From a virus (Duplodnaviria > Caudoviricetes): a stretch of DNA of 64,000 nucleotides. The notes under the pieces are model-generated. The model saw nothing but the letters and a program-made list of their open reading frames with translations. It ran no database searches and was not told the origin of the DNA. A program made the translations under genes and the position numbers. Shown piece by piece: positions 49,105 through 59,703 of this stretch. The number at the start of each line of letters is the position of its first letter. The stretch's first letter is position 1. Location of the stretch: the IMG/VR virus record IMGVR_UViG_3300012020_000005, positions 1 through 64,000 of that record; one strand, 5' to 3'.

Positions 49105-49223
49105 AATTAGTTTGTAGGTAATTGTATTCTTTTTAATTCTTTTTTAAATCTTTCTTCCTCGTCATACTCTAGTGCATCTGCTAATCCTAAATATTTTTCT
49201 ATTAAAACATCAACGCACTGCTC

Positions 49224-50407
49224 TTGACAACTCTTACAATAAAGTAAGATTCTTGAAAAACGCTTGGTCTATTGACCTACGTTAACTTCCATCAGAGATT
49301 GCCCTCTCTGTAATATGTTTAAACAAGCTTGGTCGTCTGCATTCATAGCTAAGCCACACTTAACACATTCAAACAAACTTTGTGTTTTTCTGTTTTCTTT
49401 ACAAGTGTGTCCACAATTTGAACATTCTTGAGAAGAATAAGCAGGATTAATTTTTACAACATTTGTTTTGTATTCTAACATTGCAAAGAAAGTTCCCCAA
49501 CTACAGTCTAAAATATGTTTAGCTAATTTGCTATTTTTTACCATTTTAGCAATTTGTAAGTCTTCTCTAATTACTGTTGAGTAGTTATTAGCTAAACTTC
49601 TACTTTGTTTGTGTAGAAAATCTTTCCTTACTCTACTTACTTTTAAATACAAACGTTGTAAAACTTTTACTTGTTTCTTGTAATTACTTCCACCTCGTTT
49701 CATTCTTGATAGCTTTCTTTGCTCAACTCTTAACTCTTTTAAATATTGAAATAAGTGTCTAGGATTTTCTACAATCTCACCGTCTGACGTTGTTAAAAAT
49801 CTAGCAATCCCCATGTCAATAGCACAAACAGATTGATTCTCTCTGATTTGTTCTAAATCTTGTTCTTTTACAACTACTTTTAAATATAGTCCATCCGCTT
49901 CTTTGACTATATTTGCTGTTCTTAGTTCTCCTTTTGGTATTTTTGAATTAAATAATTTAACTTTACCAAATTTGGGTAAATTAAACTTACCATCTTTTTC
50001 AAACCTTAAAATAGGCTCTAAATTTCTTAACCTCGCCTGTTTAAATGGTAAATTTATCCATTTATCTTTTTTAGCCAATTTTGGTTTTGAAGTTTTATTT
50101 CCTTTCTTTAAGTCAGTAAAAAACTTTTTATACCCTAATTCTAATCTTTCTAATGTAGCTTGGAGTGTTTGGGCGTTTACTTGTGTTAACCAATCAAAAT
50201 CTTTTTTAGCTTCTGTAAGTTGTTTAGATAAATCATAGTAATTAATATTTACCCCTTTTTTAAAGGACTCTTCTCTAACTTCAATTGCTAAATTATACAC
50301 ATATCTGCATATCCCTATTTGCTCTTCAAACTTGCGTTCAACAGCTTTATTAGGTTTTAGTTTATATGTATATGTTTTTATCATTGTATTTTTATATTAA
50401 TTGTAGT
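49224..50407 (-). mobile_element. tnpB-only IS200/IS605-family element (1184 bp)
   Basis: Inserted 3' of TTGAG with no target-site duplication; right end has hairpin TCTTAC-TTTATT-GTAAGA and terminal TCAA. Confidence 0.75.
49269..50384 (-). CDS. tnpB: TnpB RNA-guided endonuclease
   Basis: N-terminal YKLKPN...CRYVYN; RuvC residues AIDMG, REDL, ADDQACLNI; Zn finger CSNCG...CVKCG. Confidence 0.92.
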   Translation of the reverse strand: MIKTYTYKLKPNKAVERKFEEQIGICRYVYNLAIEVREESFKKGVNINYYDLSKQLTEAKKDFDWLTQVNAQTLQATLERLELGYKKFFTDLKKGNKTSKPKLAKKDKWINLPFKQARLRNLEPILRFEKDGKFNLPKFGKVKLFNSKIPKGELRTANIVKEADGLYLKVVVKEQDLEQIRENQSVCAIDMGIARFLTTSDGEIVENPRHLFQYLKELRVEQRKLSRMKRGGSNYKKQVKVLQRLYLKVSRVRKDFLHKQSRSLANNYSTVIREDLQIAKMVKNSKLAKHILDCSWGTFFAMLEYKTNVVKINPAYSSQECSNCGHTCKENRKTQSLFECVKCGLAMNADDQACLNILQRGQSLMEVNVGQ

Positions 50408-50450
50408 CTCAAATTGTAGTAGTTGTTCTTTTTGTTTTGTATTCATTTGG

Positions 50451-50458
50451 CAAATGTA
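50451..50458 (-). promoter_or_regulatory. -7 promoter box (TACATTTG) upstream of the split gene
   Basis: Reverse complement of caaatgta; ends 4 bp before ATG 50446. Confidence 0.5.
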
Positions 50459-52210
50459 TTAAATTAATTTCATCTGTGCAAATTCTTCAAGGAATTTCTT
50501 TTCATTTTCTGTGTATACTCCTCCTTGTTGTTTACTTTCTTGTCCTTGTGTTGCTAAATATGATGCTCCTGCTATTGGAACTACCACAGGTAATTTATTC
50601 ATTTGATTAGCTAGAAACTCGGCACTATTTTTATTAGCTATATCAAATATTCTAGTAGAACTACTTTTTGTATATTTATTTTTAATTGGGTTTTTAGAAA
50701 AATACTGCATGCTTTTTTCTATTATATCAGGAGTAATAGGTTCATATATATCTTTTATTAAACCCTTATTTAACATTGCTTGTCTTGCTTCTGCCAAAAA
50801 CGAACTAGGTTCTTTTCCTTTACTTCCCGTTAATAAGTAAGAAAGCGCAGCTTCATCTGCATCACTACTTCTTTTTTTAGAAACTAAGCCAGCTTTTCTA
50901 TTTTCTAAATTACTAAAATGCTCTATAATATCCTTATCTATTTTGGTTTGTCTACCATTTTGTAAAGCGTGGTTTATTTCGTGGTCATAAACTCCAATGT
51001 CTTCTGCATATTCTCTTCCTATTGCTATTTTTCCAGGTTTAATAGTTCCTTCATCTAAAACAAAACCTTTATTTACTTTTTTTAAAAAATCTAAGTTTAT
51101 AGCGTTATTATAATCTCCTCGAAAATAGGCATTGTTTTTAGGAATACCAAAATCTAAAAATGGATTTACATTTATGTTTGGATTTTCTAACTTTGCATTT
51201 AAAAAGCTTTTATTTAAGTTTTCTGTTTGTGCTAATTCGTCTATTCTAGCATTTGCATTTTTATTTGCTTTTTCTATTAAATCTCTCTCTCTACTATAAG
51301 GATTTATATTTCTAGTAATCTCTAACTCTTGATTAACTAGCCTATTAAAACCCTCTTCTGTTTGTAAATTTTTTATTTTAGATTCTAAAGCATTTTCCAA
51401 ATTATCAGAGCCTATTTTATACAGTGGTTTATTTCTATCCCTAAAAGTGTGATAAACCTGCTCTGTTTGATTTGGTAATTTTTTTATATCTTTAACTGCT
51501 TCTTTAATTATTACTTTAGGGTTTTGTATTATCTCTTTTCCGATTCTGACAGCATCTAATGCTCTATCTTTTAAACCAAATCCTGCTAAAGGGTTGGCTA
51601 AATTATTTACAAACTGCCCTGTATTTTGAGTTCCTAATCCTGCTAAAGCACCAACAGCTAAAGGCATTCCTACTGATGTAACATAAGGTAAAATAGAATC
51701 TGATTGCTGTGCTTGAAGAGGTGATTGTCCTAAATTAGAAGCCATATTACCAACCATATTAGCAGGATTTACCCAGTCATCAAAAAAGTTAGGTGTGTCT
51801 GAAACTCTATATTGTGACTCTAATCCTTTAGCGGAAATTGCTAAATTTTCTCTTGTCCAATTTGAAGGTTGTACAATACCTGAAAAAGTGTTTAATGGAT
51901 TTTTATTAGATTGTTCCCTAATATATTGCCTTTCGTCTGCTATTTCTTGGTCTGTTTTGTTTCTTGCAACTTTTGAAGTTAATTCAGGTCTGTTTTTAGT
52001 GACTACTTTTGTAGCATCGGAAGACTTTAAATTTACTTCTTTATTTTTATTACTTTTAGACTGCTCTTTTAGATTATTCAAGAAATCTTTGTCTTGCAAC
52101 AATAGTTTTAACTTGGCATCTTTTTCAGCTTTTACTTTAGCTTGTTGCTTTTCCCAAGTTCCACCTTGTTGCATTTTATAATGCTCATCTACTAATTCAA
52201 ATACATTCAT
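50459..52210 (-). CDS. putative virion/cargo protein
   Basis: 583 aa; QQGG motifs near both ends; hydrophobic VGMPLAVGALAGLG segment; HEINH metallopeptidase-like motif (weak). Confidence 0.5.
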   Translation of the reverse strand: MNVFELVDEHYKMQQGGTWEKQQAKVKAEKDAKLKLLLQDKDFLNNLKEQSKSNKNKEVNLKSSDATKVVTKNRPELTSKVARNKTDQEIADERQYIREQSNKNPLNTFSGIVQPSNWTRENLAISAKGLESQYRVSDTPNFFDDWVNPANMVGNMASNLGQSPLQAQQSDSILPYVTSVGMPLAVGALAGLGTQNTGQFVNNLANPLAGFGLKDRALDAVRIGKEIIQNPKVIIKEAVKDIKKLPNQTEQVYHTFRDRNKPLYKIGSDNLENALESKIKNLQTEEGFNRLVNQELEITRNINPYSRERDLIEKANKNANARIDELAQTENLNKSFLNAKLENPNINVNPFLDFGIPKNNAYFRGDYNNAINLDFLKKVNKGFVLDEGTIKPGKIAIGREYAEDIGVYDHEINHALQNGRQTKIDKDIIEHFSNLENRKAGLVSKKRSSDADEAALSYLLTGSKGKEPSSFLAEARQAMLNKGLIKDIYEPITPDIIEKSMQYFSKNPIKNKYTKSSSTRIFDIANKNSAEFLANQMNKLPVVVPIAGASYLATQGQESKQQGGVYTENEKKFLEEFAQMKLI

Positions 52211-55200
52211 TATTTACAATCTGTATTATTTAAACCTTCTTTTAATTCTTCTTCCGACACAACTATTTGTTTTTTAAGAAAATCATATTGTTTTATTAAA
52301 CTCTTAGCTTGTCTAATTTTATCTATGCCTATTGTTTTTTCTAAAGACTTTGGTACTTTATCTGAAAATGCTTGACGTATTACTTTAACATTATGCATTT
52401 TATCCAACTGATTTGTAGCTTTTATAAGTTGATTATCATCGAGAGTGTTAGTATAAGTTGTATCTTCAATAATATCTCCTTTACTATCCACATATTTAAC
52501 ACCTGCATTAGTGGCATAATCTTTAGCTAGTTCATAGGCTAAATCGCTTAATTCTGTTTCCACCTCTGATAAATTATTATTTTTATCATCTAAAGTTACT
52601 TTTATTTCAGTATTTTTATATGATACTCTTAATTTAGCATCTGAAATAGCTTGGTCTAAGTTTTCTAAATCTATGTTTATTTGTGCATCTTTTACAAGAT
52701 TTTTTATTTTATAGTTTTTATCCGCCAAAGTTTTAGCGTCTACAAATACTTTTTTATCTTCAAATGCTTTTCTTGTTTTATCTAACTTCTCTTGGTCATT
52801 AATGTCATCAAAAGCAAGTTTTTCAGTTTTTATATTTTCCTTTATAATAGCATCATTAATTTGTAATATTTTTTGCTGCGGTGTAATTGTAGATTGTAAG
52901 ATACCATCAAATAAATCTATTTGAGGAGTAGCTGTTTTTACCATAGAAATAGGATAGGCTATTGAATAAGCCCCCTTTTTTATAACTATTAAAGGTACTT
53001 TTTTATCTGTTGTTTTTGATAGTTTGCTAACAAAAATTGTACTTACATCTTGTATTTCTCTGTTTAAAGATATTTGTCCATTCTCAATAAATCCTGTCGC
53101 TATAATTTGTGATACGCCTGCTTCTGTTATTGGAATATTTGTAGGCGTATTATTTTCAGATGACATTGTTATTTCAGGAGACCCAAAAAATATATTCTCT
53201 GTCTCTAGTTGAATTCCTAATTTCATTTTATCAGGTTTTTCTTGCTCTTCCCATCTTTTAAAAGCTTCTTCTCTTATAGCTAAAAAGTCTTCATCTACTC
53301 TACCATCTCTTAAAGCTTTTAAAGTAGATACCTTTCTGCCACTAGCATCAACTAAATATATTTTTAACTGCTCTTTTGTTCCACCAATAGCTGTTTTATT
53401 CCATCCATCTATATCGTCTATTTCTAAAGTTAATTTATCTCCTTGTTTTTGTTCATATATAGCTTTAGAATCTACCTCATTTTCAGAAAAATCAGAAGTT
53501 TTTTTAACAAATTCATTATTTTTTACCTCATATATGTTTTTATAACTCCAATTAAGACCACTGTTATAAATGTACAAGTTTAAAGCCTGTTGTCTTACTT
53601 TAAAATCATCTTGGTCTATTTCTATTTGCCCTCCTGATAAATAAGTTAAAGACATCCCATCAACCTCTACTATATCTTTGGGTTTTAACTTATCTAAAGA
53701 TACCTCTTTTTCAACTCCATTTCTTTTAACTATGTAACTTCCTCCAAGTCTATCAACTATAGTTTGCATTTTAATATGAGCAAGTCTGTATTTGTTTGAG
53801 TCTTTAGGTTTTACTACTGTAGCACTGCCATTTGTATTCTGAGCTAACGTATAATCGTCTGTTATGTTTGTACCCTCTAATCCGTCATTAATTTGTTCTA
53901 CATCCTCTGCAATAATCTCATCTTTAGTATCCTCTACTTCTATTTGTGTATTAGCTTGATTAATCCAAGTAATTAAATCTGCAACCGATACTCCATCCTC
54001 ATCAATAGAAGCGTCAAACAATTTCCATCTTGAAAGTTTAGCTTTTAATTCTTCATCAGCTTTGCCGTCTTTAAAAGTTTGTATTTCTTCTTGTGTTGGT
54101 TTTGTTCCGTCTTCTACGCTTATTAAGTCTTTATACCTTGTTTTTAATAGATTTTCTAGTTTTTGTTTATATTGCTCTAAAGGGGATAAAACTTCTTTGG
54201 GTTCTTCTTGTTTAGCCTTTGTTTTAGTATTGTCTTCTTCTATGGATGTTACTTCCTCTGTTGGTTGTTGGTCTTCCTCACTTAATCTTTTAGTGACAGA
54301 ATCAGCATAGTCGTTTAAAATTTCTTGTAACCACTCCTGAGAGTCTATGTTCATAGCTTTATTTTTAGCTATTTTTCCACCAATATAACTACCAATATTC
54401 TCTAATTTAAAATCTTTTGAAGATATAAGTCTATTTGTTGCTTGTGATTTTAAGAAAATATCTTTAGCTTGTGAATATTCATCTAATAAATCATTTAAAT
54501 ATTTTGCTCTTTGAGGATTAGAAACTTCTAAAGATTTTAAAGTAGTTTGAAAATTTTCAATGTTTTTATCAAGTCTTAAAATATCTTCGGCAGAAATAGT
54601 TGTTCCACTAAAGTTTGAGTCTAAAGTGGTGTTACTAAGTTGTCTTAGTCCTTGTTTATTAACATTATAGGTATTTATTTTATCTGCAATATCATTAGCT
54701 TCTGAATTTAAACTATTTATAGCTTCCTCTGTTTCTAATAAAGCTTTTGTAATCTCGGCTCTTTTAGTTTTTTGAGAGTCTGTTGTTTCTAAAACATCTA
54801 ATTTAGCTATTTGATTGGTCAGTTTTGTTCTTTTAGCTTTTAATGCTGTATTTTGATTTTGTAGTAATTTTAATTGTTTAGCGTTTATATCAGCAACTTC
54901 TTCAATAGATTTTAAAGCATCTAATGTTTTAGCGTGTTCCTCTCCTACTTCATAACTAACTGCCACTCTGACATCATCCATTATTTTATTAGCGTTTTCA
55001 CCAATAGTAGACTGCCAAGTTAATGCCTCAATAATACTTGCATTTTTACCAAAATTACCTATAATACCATCTATCGCACCAAAAGTTAAAGATTCTTCTC
55101 CAACTAATTTATCTCCAATAATGTATTGCCAATACTTTTTATTTGTTTTCCATTCTTTTGCTAAAGTATTTATTTCAGCTAGAGCGTTGTCTTTATATTC

Positions 55201-56958
55201 TTGTACATTTTCTATGCCTGCTTCTTTCCATTGGTCTGCTGTCATTACATCCATAGATTTACTAAACTTTTTAGTAATATCATCAACAGATGAACCCATA
55301 ATTAACTCTCCATTTATGAAAGCTAATTGACCTGATTTTTTAGCCATTTCAGATTTTGTTACATTTCCTTTTAGAGCTTCATCTTTAGCTTCTAAAGCAA
55401 ACCCTTTTATCCTATTGGCTGTTTGTATTTTACTTGGAAGAATTATCTGTTGTAAGGTTTTATCCTGAAAAGTATTAGCCATAGCTTTTTTATACTCCAA
55501 CTCCTCAGTAGTTTGTTTCATTTCTGACCGTGCATTAACACTTCCCCCTGCAATACCTATAAGGATTCCTAGTCCATTTTCAACCCACCCTTCTTTTGTT
55601 CCATATTGTTCGCCAATAGCTTCATTAAAAGCTCCTATAGAATCAAATGTCTCTTTTGATAATTTTGGGTTATAAGTGTGTTCTAACCATTTAGAGTTAT
55701 ATTTTTGAATAAGTCCTTGCCCCCCTTCTTCAAATATCCCCTCTGTAAAAGCAGGTTTTGCTACATAATTAAATGTGAATCTTGCTACCTTTTGTGCTCC
55801 TGTTCTCTCTATTGCTTTAAAACTTCCCTCTGCTGTCTTTTCTAATCCGTAACCAAAAGCCTTTCTATCTATAAAATCTGCAAGTCCTGTTTTAATTGGA
55901 TTTTTAATATCTAAAATACTTCCCATCATAGCTAAATTAGATACTCCTAAAATAGCCATATTTGCTCTAAATACAGTGTTGGCTTTGCTTTCTAAATCTT
56001 TGTTAAATTTAGCAATGTCTTCTGCGTTAGGCTCTCTGCCATTTAATTGTGCAAAATTACTATAAAACTTTTCCTCAGCTTCTTTTTTAAATTGTAATGC
56101 TTCAACAGAAGCTTCATATCCTGCTGAACGTGCCATAAATCCAACAGCAGAACCTGTTTCTCCTATTTTACCTAATGCTAGGGCTAAATTTTTTGTTTTT
56201 GTACCTGCGTTCATCATATCAGGCAACTCCATATAAAGTCTCTTATATTTTGATGTGGCATTTAATACTTGACCTACATCTTCTGCTCCTTCAACTCCCC
56301 ATCGTGCAAATCTTCCTAGTTTTGGAGCAAGTCTAGCCATACTTGTAGCTAAAGAAGTTCCTCCTGTTGCATAAGCCCAAATACCTTCTGATACTAATGC
56401 ACCTGCTGTAAAAGATAGTCCACCCAAAAATTTATCAGCCAAAAAGTTAGAAGTATCTTGGGTAAGTTGTTGCCCAAAATTCATTTCTTTTGCTTGTTTT
56501 GTATAATAATTTGGAAGTTGATAATTAGTTTTAACATCTAAATCATTCAACCAATTACTAAAATCATTATCATACAAAGAAGAAAAACTTCCATTTGATA
56601 AAGCACTTCCTACTCCATAAACTAAACCTGCTGTTCCTCCTACAACTGCATTGACTGTTTTTGATAAGGCTTTTGTAACTCCATTTGCCCATTTATCCCC
56701 TGTTGTTTGTTGTTGTGCAAGTCTTTCCTCATTATCTGTTCCTGGGATAAAGTTTTCAAACATTCTTACTTTTTCCCCTGAATCTAATGTTTTATAAACC
56801 GTACTCTCAGCAAATGGTGTTATTTCAGAAAAACTTGGCTTACTTACTTCGGGTTTTATTAAAGTTATTTCAGGTGGCATTACGCCACTATTTTTTTGGT
56901 AAGATTGTGGTGCAATACTTAAAGTATCTTTTTTTATTTGGTCTAATAATTCTTCCAT
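52210..56958 (-). CDS. large (1582 aa) putative internal virion/ejection protein
   Basis: Gly/Ala-rich hydrophobic N-terminal segments followed by long coiled coils; position in the module. Confidence 0.6.
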   Translation of the reverse strand: MEELLDQIKKDTLSIAPQSYQKNSGVMPPEITLIKPEVSKPSFSEITPFAESTVYKTLDSGEKVRMFENFIPGTDNEERLAQQQTTGDKWANGVTKALSKTVNAVVGGTAGLVYGVGSALSNGSFSSLYDNDFSNWLNDLDVKTNYQLPNYYTKQAKEMNFGQQLTQDTSNFLADKFLGGLSFTAGALVSEGIWAYATGGTSLATSMARLAPKLGRFARWGVEGAEDVGQVLNATSKYKRLYMELPDMMNAGTKTKNLALALGKIGETGSAVGFMARSAGYEASVEALQFKKEAEEKFYSNFAQLNGREPNAEDIAKFNKDLESKANTVFRANMAILGVSNLAMMGSILDIKNPIKTGLADFIDRKAFGYGLEKTAEGSFKAIERTGAQKVARFTFNYVAKPAFTEGIFEEGGQGLIQKYNSKWLEHTYNPKLSKETFDSIGAFNEAIGEQYGTKEGWVENGLGILIGIAGGSVNARSEMKQTTEELEYKKAMANTFQDKTLQQIILPSKIQTANRIKGFALEAKDEALKGNVTKSEMAKKSGQLAFINGELIMGSSVDDITKKFSKSMDVMTADQWKEAGIENVQEYKDNALAEINTLAKEWKTNKKYWQYIIGDKLVGEESLTFGAIDGIIGNFGKNASIIEALTWQSTIGENANKIMDDVRVAVSYEVGEEHAKTLDALKSIEEVADINAKQLKLLQNQNTALKAKRTKLTNQIAKLDVLETTDSQKTKRAEITKALLETEEAINSLNSEANDIADKINTYNVNKQGLRQLSNTTLDSNFSGTTISAEDILRLDKNIENFQTTLKSLEVSNPQRAKYLNDLLDEYSQAKDIFLKSQATNRLISSKDFKLENIGSYIGGKIAKNKAMNIDSQEWLQEILNDYADSVTKRLSEEDQQPTEEVTSIEEDNTKTKAKQEEPKEVLSPLEQYKQKLENLLKTRYKDLISVEDGTKPTQEEIQTFKDGKADEELKAKLSRWKLFDASIDEDGVSVADLITWINQANTQIEVEDTKDEIIAEDVEQINDGLEGTNITDDYTLAQNTNGSATVVKPKDSNKYRLAHIKMQTIVDRLGGSYIVKRNGVEKEVSLDKLKPKDIVEVDGMSLTYLSGGQIEIDQDDFKVRQQALNLYIYNSGLNWSYKNIYEVKNNEFVKKTSDFSENEVDSKAIYEQKQGDKLTLEIDDIDGWNKTAIGGTKEQLKIYLVDASGRKVSTLKALRDGRVDEDFLAIREEAFKRWEEQEKPDKMKLGIQLETENIFFGSPEITMSSENNTPTNIPITEAGVSQIIATGFIENGQISLNREIQDVSTIFVSKLSKTTDKKVPLIVIKKGAYSIAYPISMVKTATPQIDLFDGILQSTITPQQKILQINDAIIKENIKTEKLAFDDINDQEKLDKTRKAFEDKKVFVDAKTLADKNYKIKNLVKDAQINIDLENLDQAISDAKLRVSYKNTEIKVTLDDKNNNLSEVETELSDLAYELAKDYATNAGVKYVDSKGDIIEDTTYTNTLDDNQLIKATNQLDKMHNVKVIRQAFSDKVPKSLEKTIGIDKIRQAKSLIKQYDFLKKQIVVSEEELKEGLNNTDCK

Positions 56959-59646
56959 TTACTTACTTGTTAAGATAGCATCTAATCTTGTTCTTTTGTA
57001 ATCTCCTATAGCTTGTAATACTTCTACATATAGCTTTCCTTCGTCTAATTCTTTAGATACTGAATGCATAAGCCACTGGTCTTTGTTCCCATCAGGGAAT
57101 GTTATCTCAATCTTTCCACTTAAACTTCCATTACTTACTGTAAAAATAGGTTTGTATGTTGCATTTAATACGCTATCAATCATTGGTTGTTTTTCAGGAG
57201 TGTACTGTGGTAAACTTTGTGCATATTCTTGTCTATCTTCGTCTGATTGTAATGGTGTTCCTACAAGTGTGTGATTATTATGTAATTGTACTCGCATTTC
57301 AGGTGGGATTATATCAGGTCTATTTTCAGCTATGGTCATAAACTTTTGATATGCTATCTCTTTATTTGTCGCATTAAAAGTGTAATCAGGTAAAATTAAG
57401 TTAGGATTTTTATAGCTGTTGTTCCATTTATCTTCTGCCAAATCTAATTTTTCTGATAATTGGTCAGATAAATTAGATAATTTAAAAGTTCTTAATTTTG
57501 ATTTTTCATCTCCTACTTTTACTGAGGCGGTTACTTCAAATTCCTCTCCTTTTTTAACTATTGTATAATTATTTTTATCTAATATTTGTATGTTTTCTCC
57601 TTCAGGTAAACTTGCTTCTATAGCTTGTTTTATGGTTATGGCATCTTCTGCTTGTCCTTTTATTTCTGTTGAAAAAGACATGGCTTTATTTGAAACAAGA
57701 TTCTTACTTAATTCTGCTGCTTTTGTAGATGCATTTGTATAAATTGTATCCATTCCATCTTTAAAACTTTTTGCAAAATCTATTTTTGCGTCTCCCCACC
57801 GCGATTCTATTTCTGTTACGTCTGTGTCTTGTTTAAACGGGCTAAAACTTGCAGGTTTTCTAGTTGTTGAGTAAGAAACTGCGGATACTCCACCTAAACT
57901 TCCCCCACCAAATGTAACAGGAACTGTTCTATTTGCACCTTTTATCCTGTTTTTTACAAAATTTAAACTTTTTCTAACTCTATCTGATTCACTTTCAGTC
58001 AAACTTCCCTCTAAAGAATTTAAACTAGATTCTAATAATTTTACTTGTTCTTCTGTTAAATTTGCTCCTCCACTATGTTCTTTATAGTTATTACCCATTT
58101 CATATACTACAAGGTCTTGAGTAGCTTTGTCTAAATCCTCAAACTTTTTATTACCTTTAAGTACATTTACTGTAAAAGGTAATTCTGTTTTTAAATTTTC
58201 TAATTTTGCCCCTGTAATAGAATTATACTGCTTTGCTATAATATCTCTAATACCTTCTTTTGATTTTGTTACAATAGCGTTGTACCCTTTTTGTGATGTT
58301 TGAAAGGCTCTTAAAGCGTTTTGTTTTTCTATGGAATATGTTGGTAAAGAGGGGTCATCTGCTTTTAAATTTATTTTATATGCCCATTGCTCTTGCGGAG
58401 TTTTTGAGTTGTACCCATTTTCATTTGTCTTTTTTAATATCGCATCTAAGGTTTTATTTGAATCTCTTACTTGTGCTTTTATTGTATAAATGTCGGGCTT
58501 TTTTAAAAACTCATCTGTTTGTGGTTTATCTATGGTTGTAGGTAATGCTAAATTTTGTTCTTCTTCTTTCTTTTTAGCTTTTTCATCTTGTTCTACATTA
58601 AATTTATACATGTCCCATTTAAGGTCGTCATTTTTAATATCTGTAATCCTATTTACTTGATAATTTGAAGCTATACTTGATAGAAGTTTATTACTGTAAT
58701 TAGAGTAAATATCATAAGACTTTTCATCTAATTGTTTTCTGTAGTTTTTTTCATCATCTGTAATATTCAACAACTTAGTCTGTAATTCTTTTTTCTTTTG
58801 AATATTTCCTTCCGAACTTATTTGTGCCTCTAATGTTGCCCTTTGAACTTTTGAATCTTGATATTTTTTTGACACTTCGGGATATAGTTCTGCTTCTAAC
58901 GAATTTCTATCCATCTTGCCATAAGTTTGTCTAGCGTTTATTTTTATTTGTGCTATATCAGCGGGGTCTAAACTATTTAAAAGATTTTGATGAATATCTT
59001 GCGCTGTTACTTTTTCTCCGTATACATTTGTAGTGCGATATTGCCCATCTGTGGTTTGTAACAGTTGTTGTTTATCCATCAACTCAACATACTTTTTAGC
59101 TACTTCGTTAAGTTTTCCACTTACATCTCTATATGGTGTATATTGTAGTTGTCCTAATGAAGCTTGTCCTGTTGTGTCATTAGCCCACTGAGAGTATCCT
59201 GCTTGTTCTAAAGCATCAATATCATTTTGTTGAGCATAAGTAGTCTTCCCTGATTTTAAATCACTATCTTTAAGATTTTCATTCCCTTTTTTATAATTTT
59301 GCAGTCTAATGCCCTCTGAATATTCTTTTTGAAAAGTTTTGTCGTTAACTAGGGATTTAATTACAGTATCTAGTTTTTGTTTAACACCTGATTTTGATAA
59401 ATCATGGTCTCCTTGTGAATTATTAATTATAGAAACTAAACTATCAAGTTTTGTTGCTGTATATTCTTTACCATACTCACGCATTACATTTGCATCTATA
59501 GCAAATTTATCTAAAGAGTCTTGTATTTCTTTTTGATTGGCATCATATTTTTGCTGTTTTAACGTAGCAACTTTACCTAATAAATCCACCGCTGATGAAT
59601 CTATTGGTTGTCCGTAATTGATGTCTTTAGTTAAATAGTTTGACAT
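56959..59646 (-). CDS. large (895 aa) putative internal virion protein
   Basis: Helical, acidic/Gln-rich; position in the module. Confidence 0.55.
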   Translation of the reverse strand: MSNYLTKDINYGQPIDSSAVDLLGKVATLKQQKYDANQKEIQDSLDKFAIDANVMREYGKEYTATKLDSLVSIINNSQGDHDLSKSGVKQKLDTVIKSLVNDKTFQKEYSEGIRLQNYKKGNENLKDSDLKSGKTTYAQQNDIDALEQAGYSQWANDTTGQASLGQLQYTPYRDVSGKLNEVAKKYVELMDKQQLLQTTDGQYRTTNVYGEKVTAQDIHQNLLNSLDPADIAQIKINARQTYGKMDRNSLEAELYPEVSKKYQDSKVQRATLEAQISSEGNIQKKKELQTKLLNITDDEKNYRKQLDEKSYDIYSNYSNKLLSSIASNYQVNRITDIKNDDLKWDMYKFNVEQDEKAKKKEEEQNLALPTTIDKPQTDEFLKKPDIYTIKAQVRDSNKTLDAILKKTNENGYNSKTPQEQWAYKINLKADDPSLPTYSIEKQNALRAFQTSQKGYNAIVTKSKEGIRDIIAKQYNSITGAKLENLKTELPFTVNVLKGNKKFEDLDKATQDLVVYEMGNNYKEHSGGANLTEEQVKLLESSLNSLEGSLTESESDRVRKSLNFVKNRIKGANRTVPVTFGGGSLGGVSAVSYSTTRKPASFSPFKQDTDVTEIESRWGDAKIDFAKSFKDGMDTIYTNASTKAAELSKNLVSNKAMSFSTEIKGQAEDAITIKQAIEASLPEGENIQILDKNNYTIVKKGEEFEVTASVKVGDEKSKLRTFKLSNLSDQLSEKLDLAEDKWNNSYKNPNLILPDYTFNATNKEIAYQKFMTIAENRPDIIPPEMRVQLHNNHTLVGTPLQSDEDRQEYAQSLPQYTPEKQPMIDSVLNATYKPIFTVSNGSLSGKIEITFPDGNKDQWLMHSVSKELDEGKLYVEVLQAIGDYKRTRLDAILTSK

Positions 59647-59703
59647 TGTTTAATTTTTGGTAAAAATAGTTATTTATATGGAATTATTAAAATTACTTAA
59701 TTT

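Larger units (their letters stand above)
49107..50446 (-). pseudogene. 51-aa gene split by the tnpB element (halves 50446-50408 and 49223-49107)
   Basis: Removing 49224-50407 gives in-frame MNTKQKEQLLQFEEQCVDVLIEKYLGLADALEYDEEERFKKELKRIQLPTN*. Confidence 0.7.

Noticed and set aside
49224-50407. IStron or group I intron that splices out
   Set aside because: Only 23 bp precede the tnpB ATG, too little for a ribozyme core.
37746-56958. Virion RNA polymerase call
   Set aside because: No convincing DxDxD catalytic motif seen in the large ORFs.
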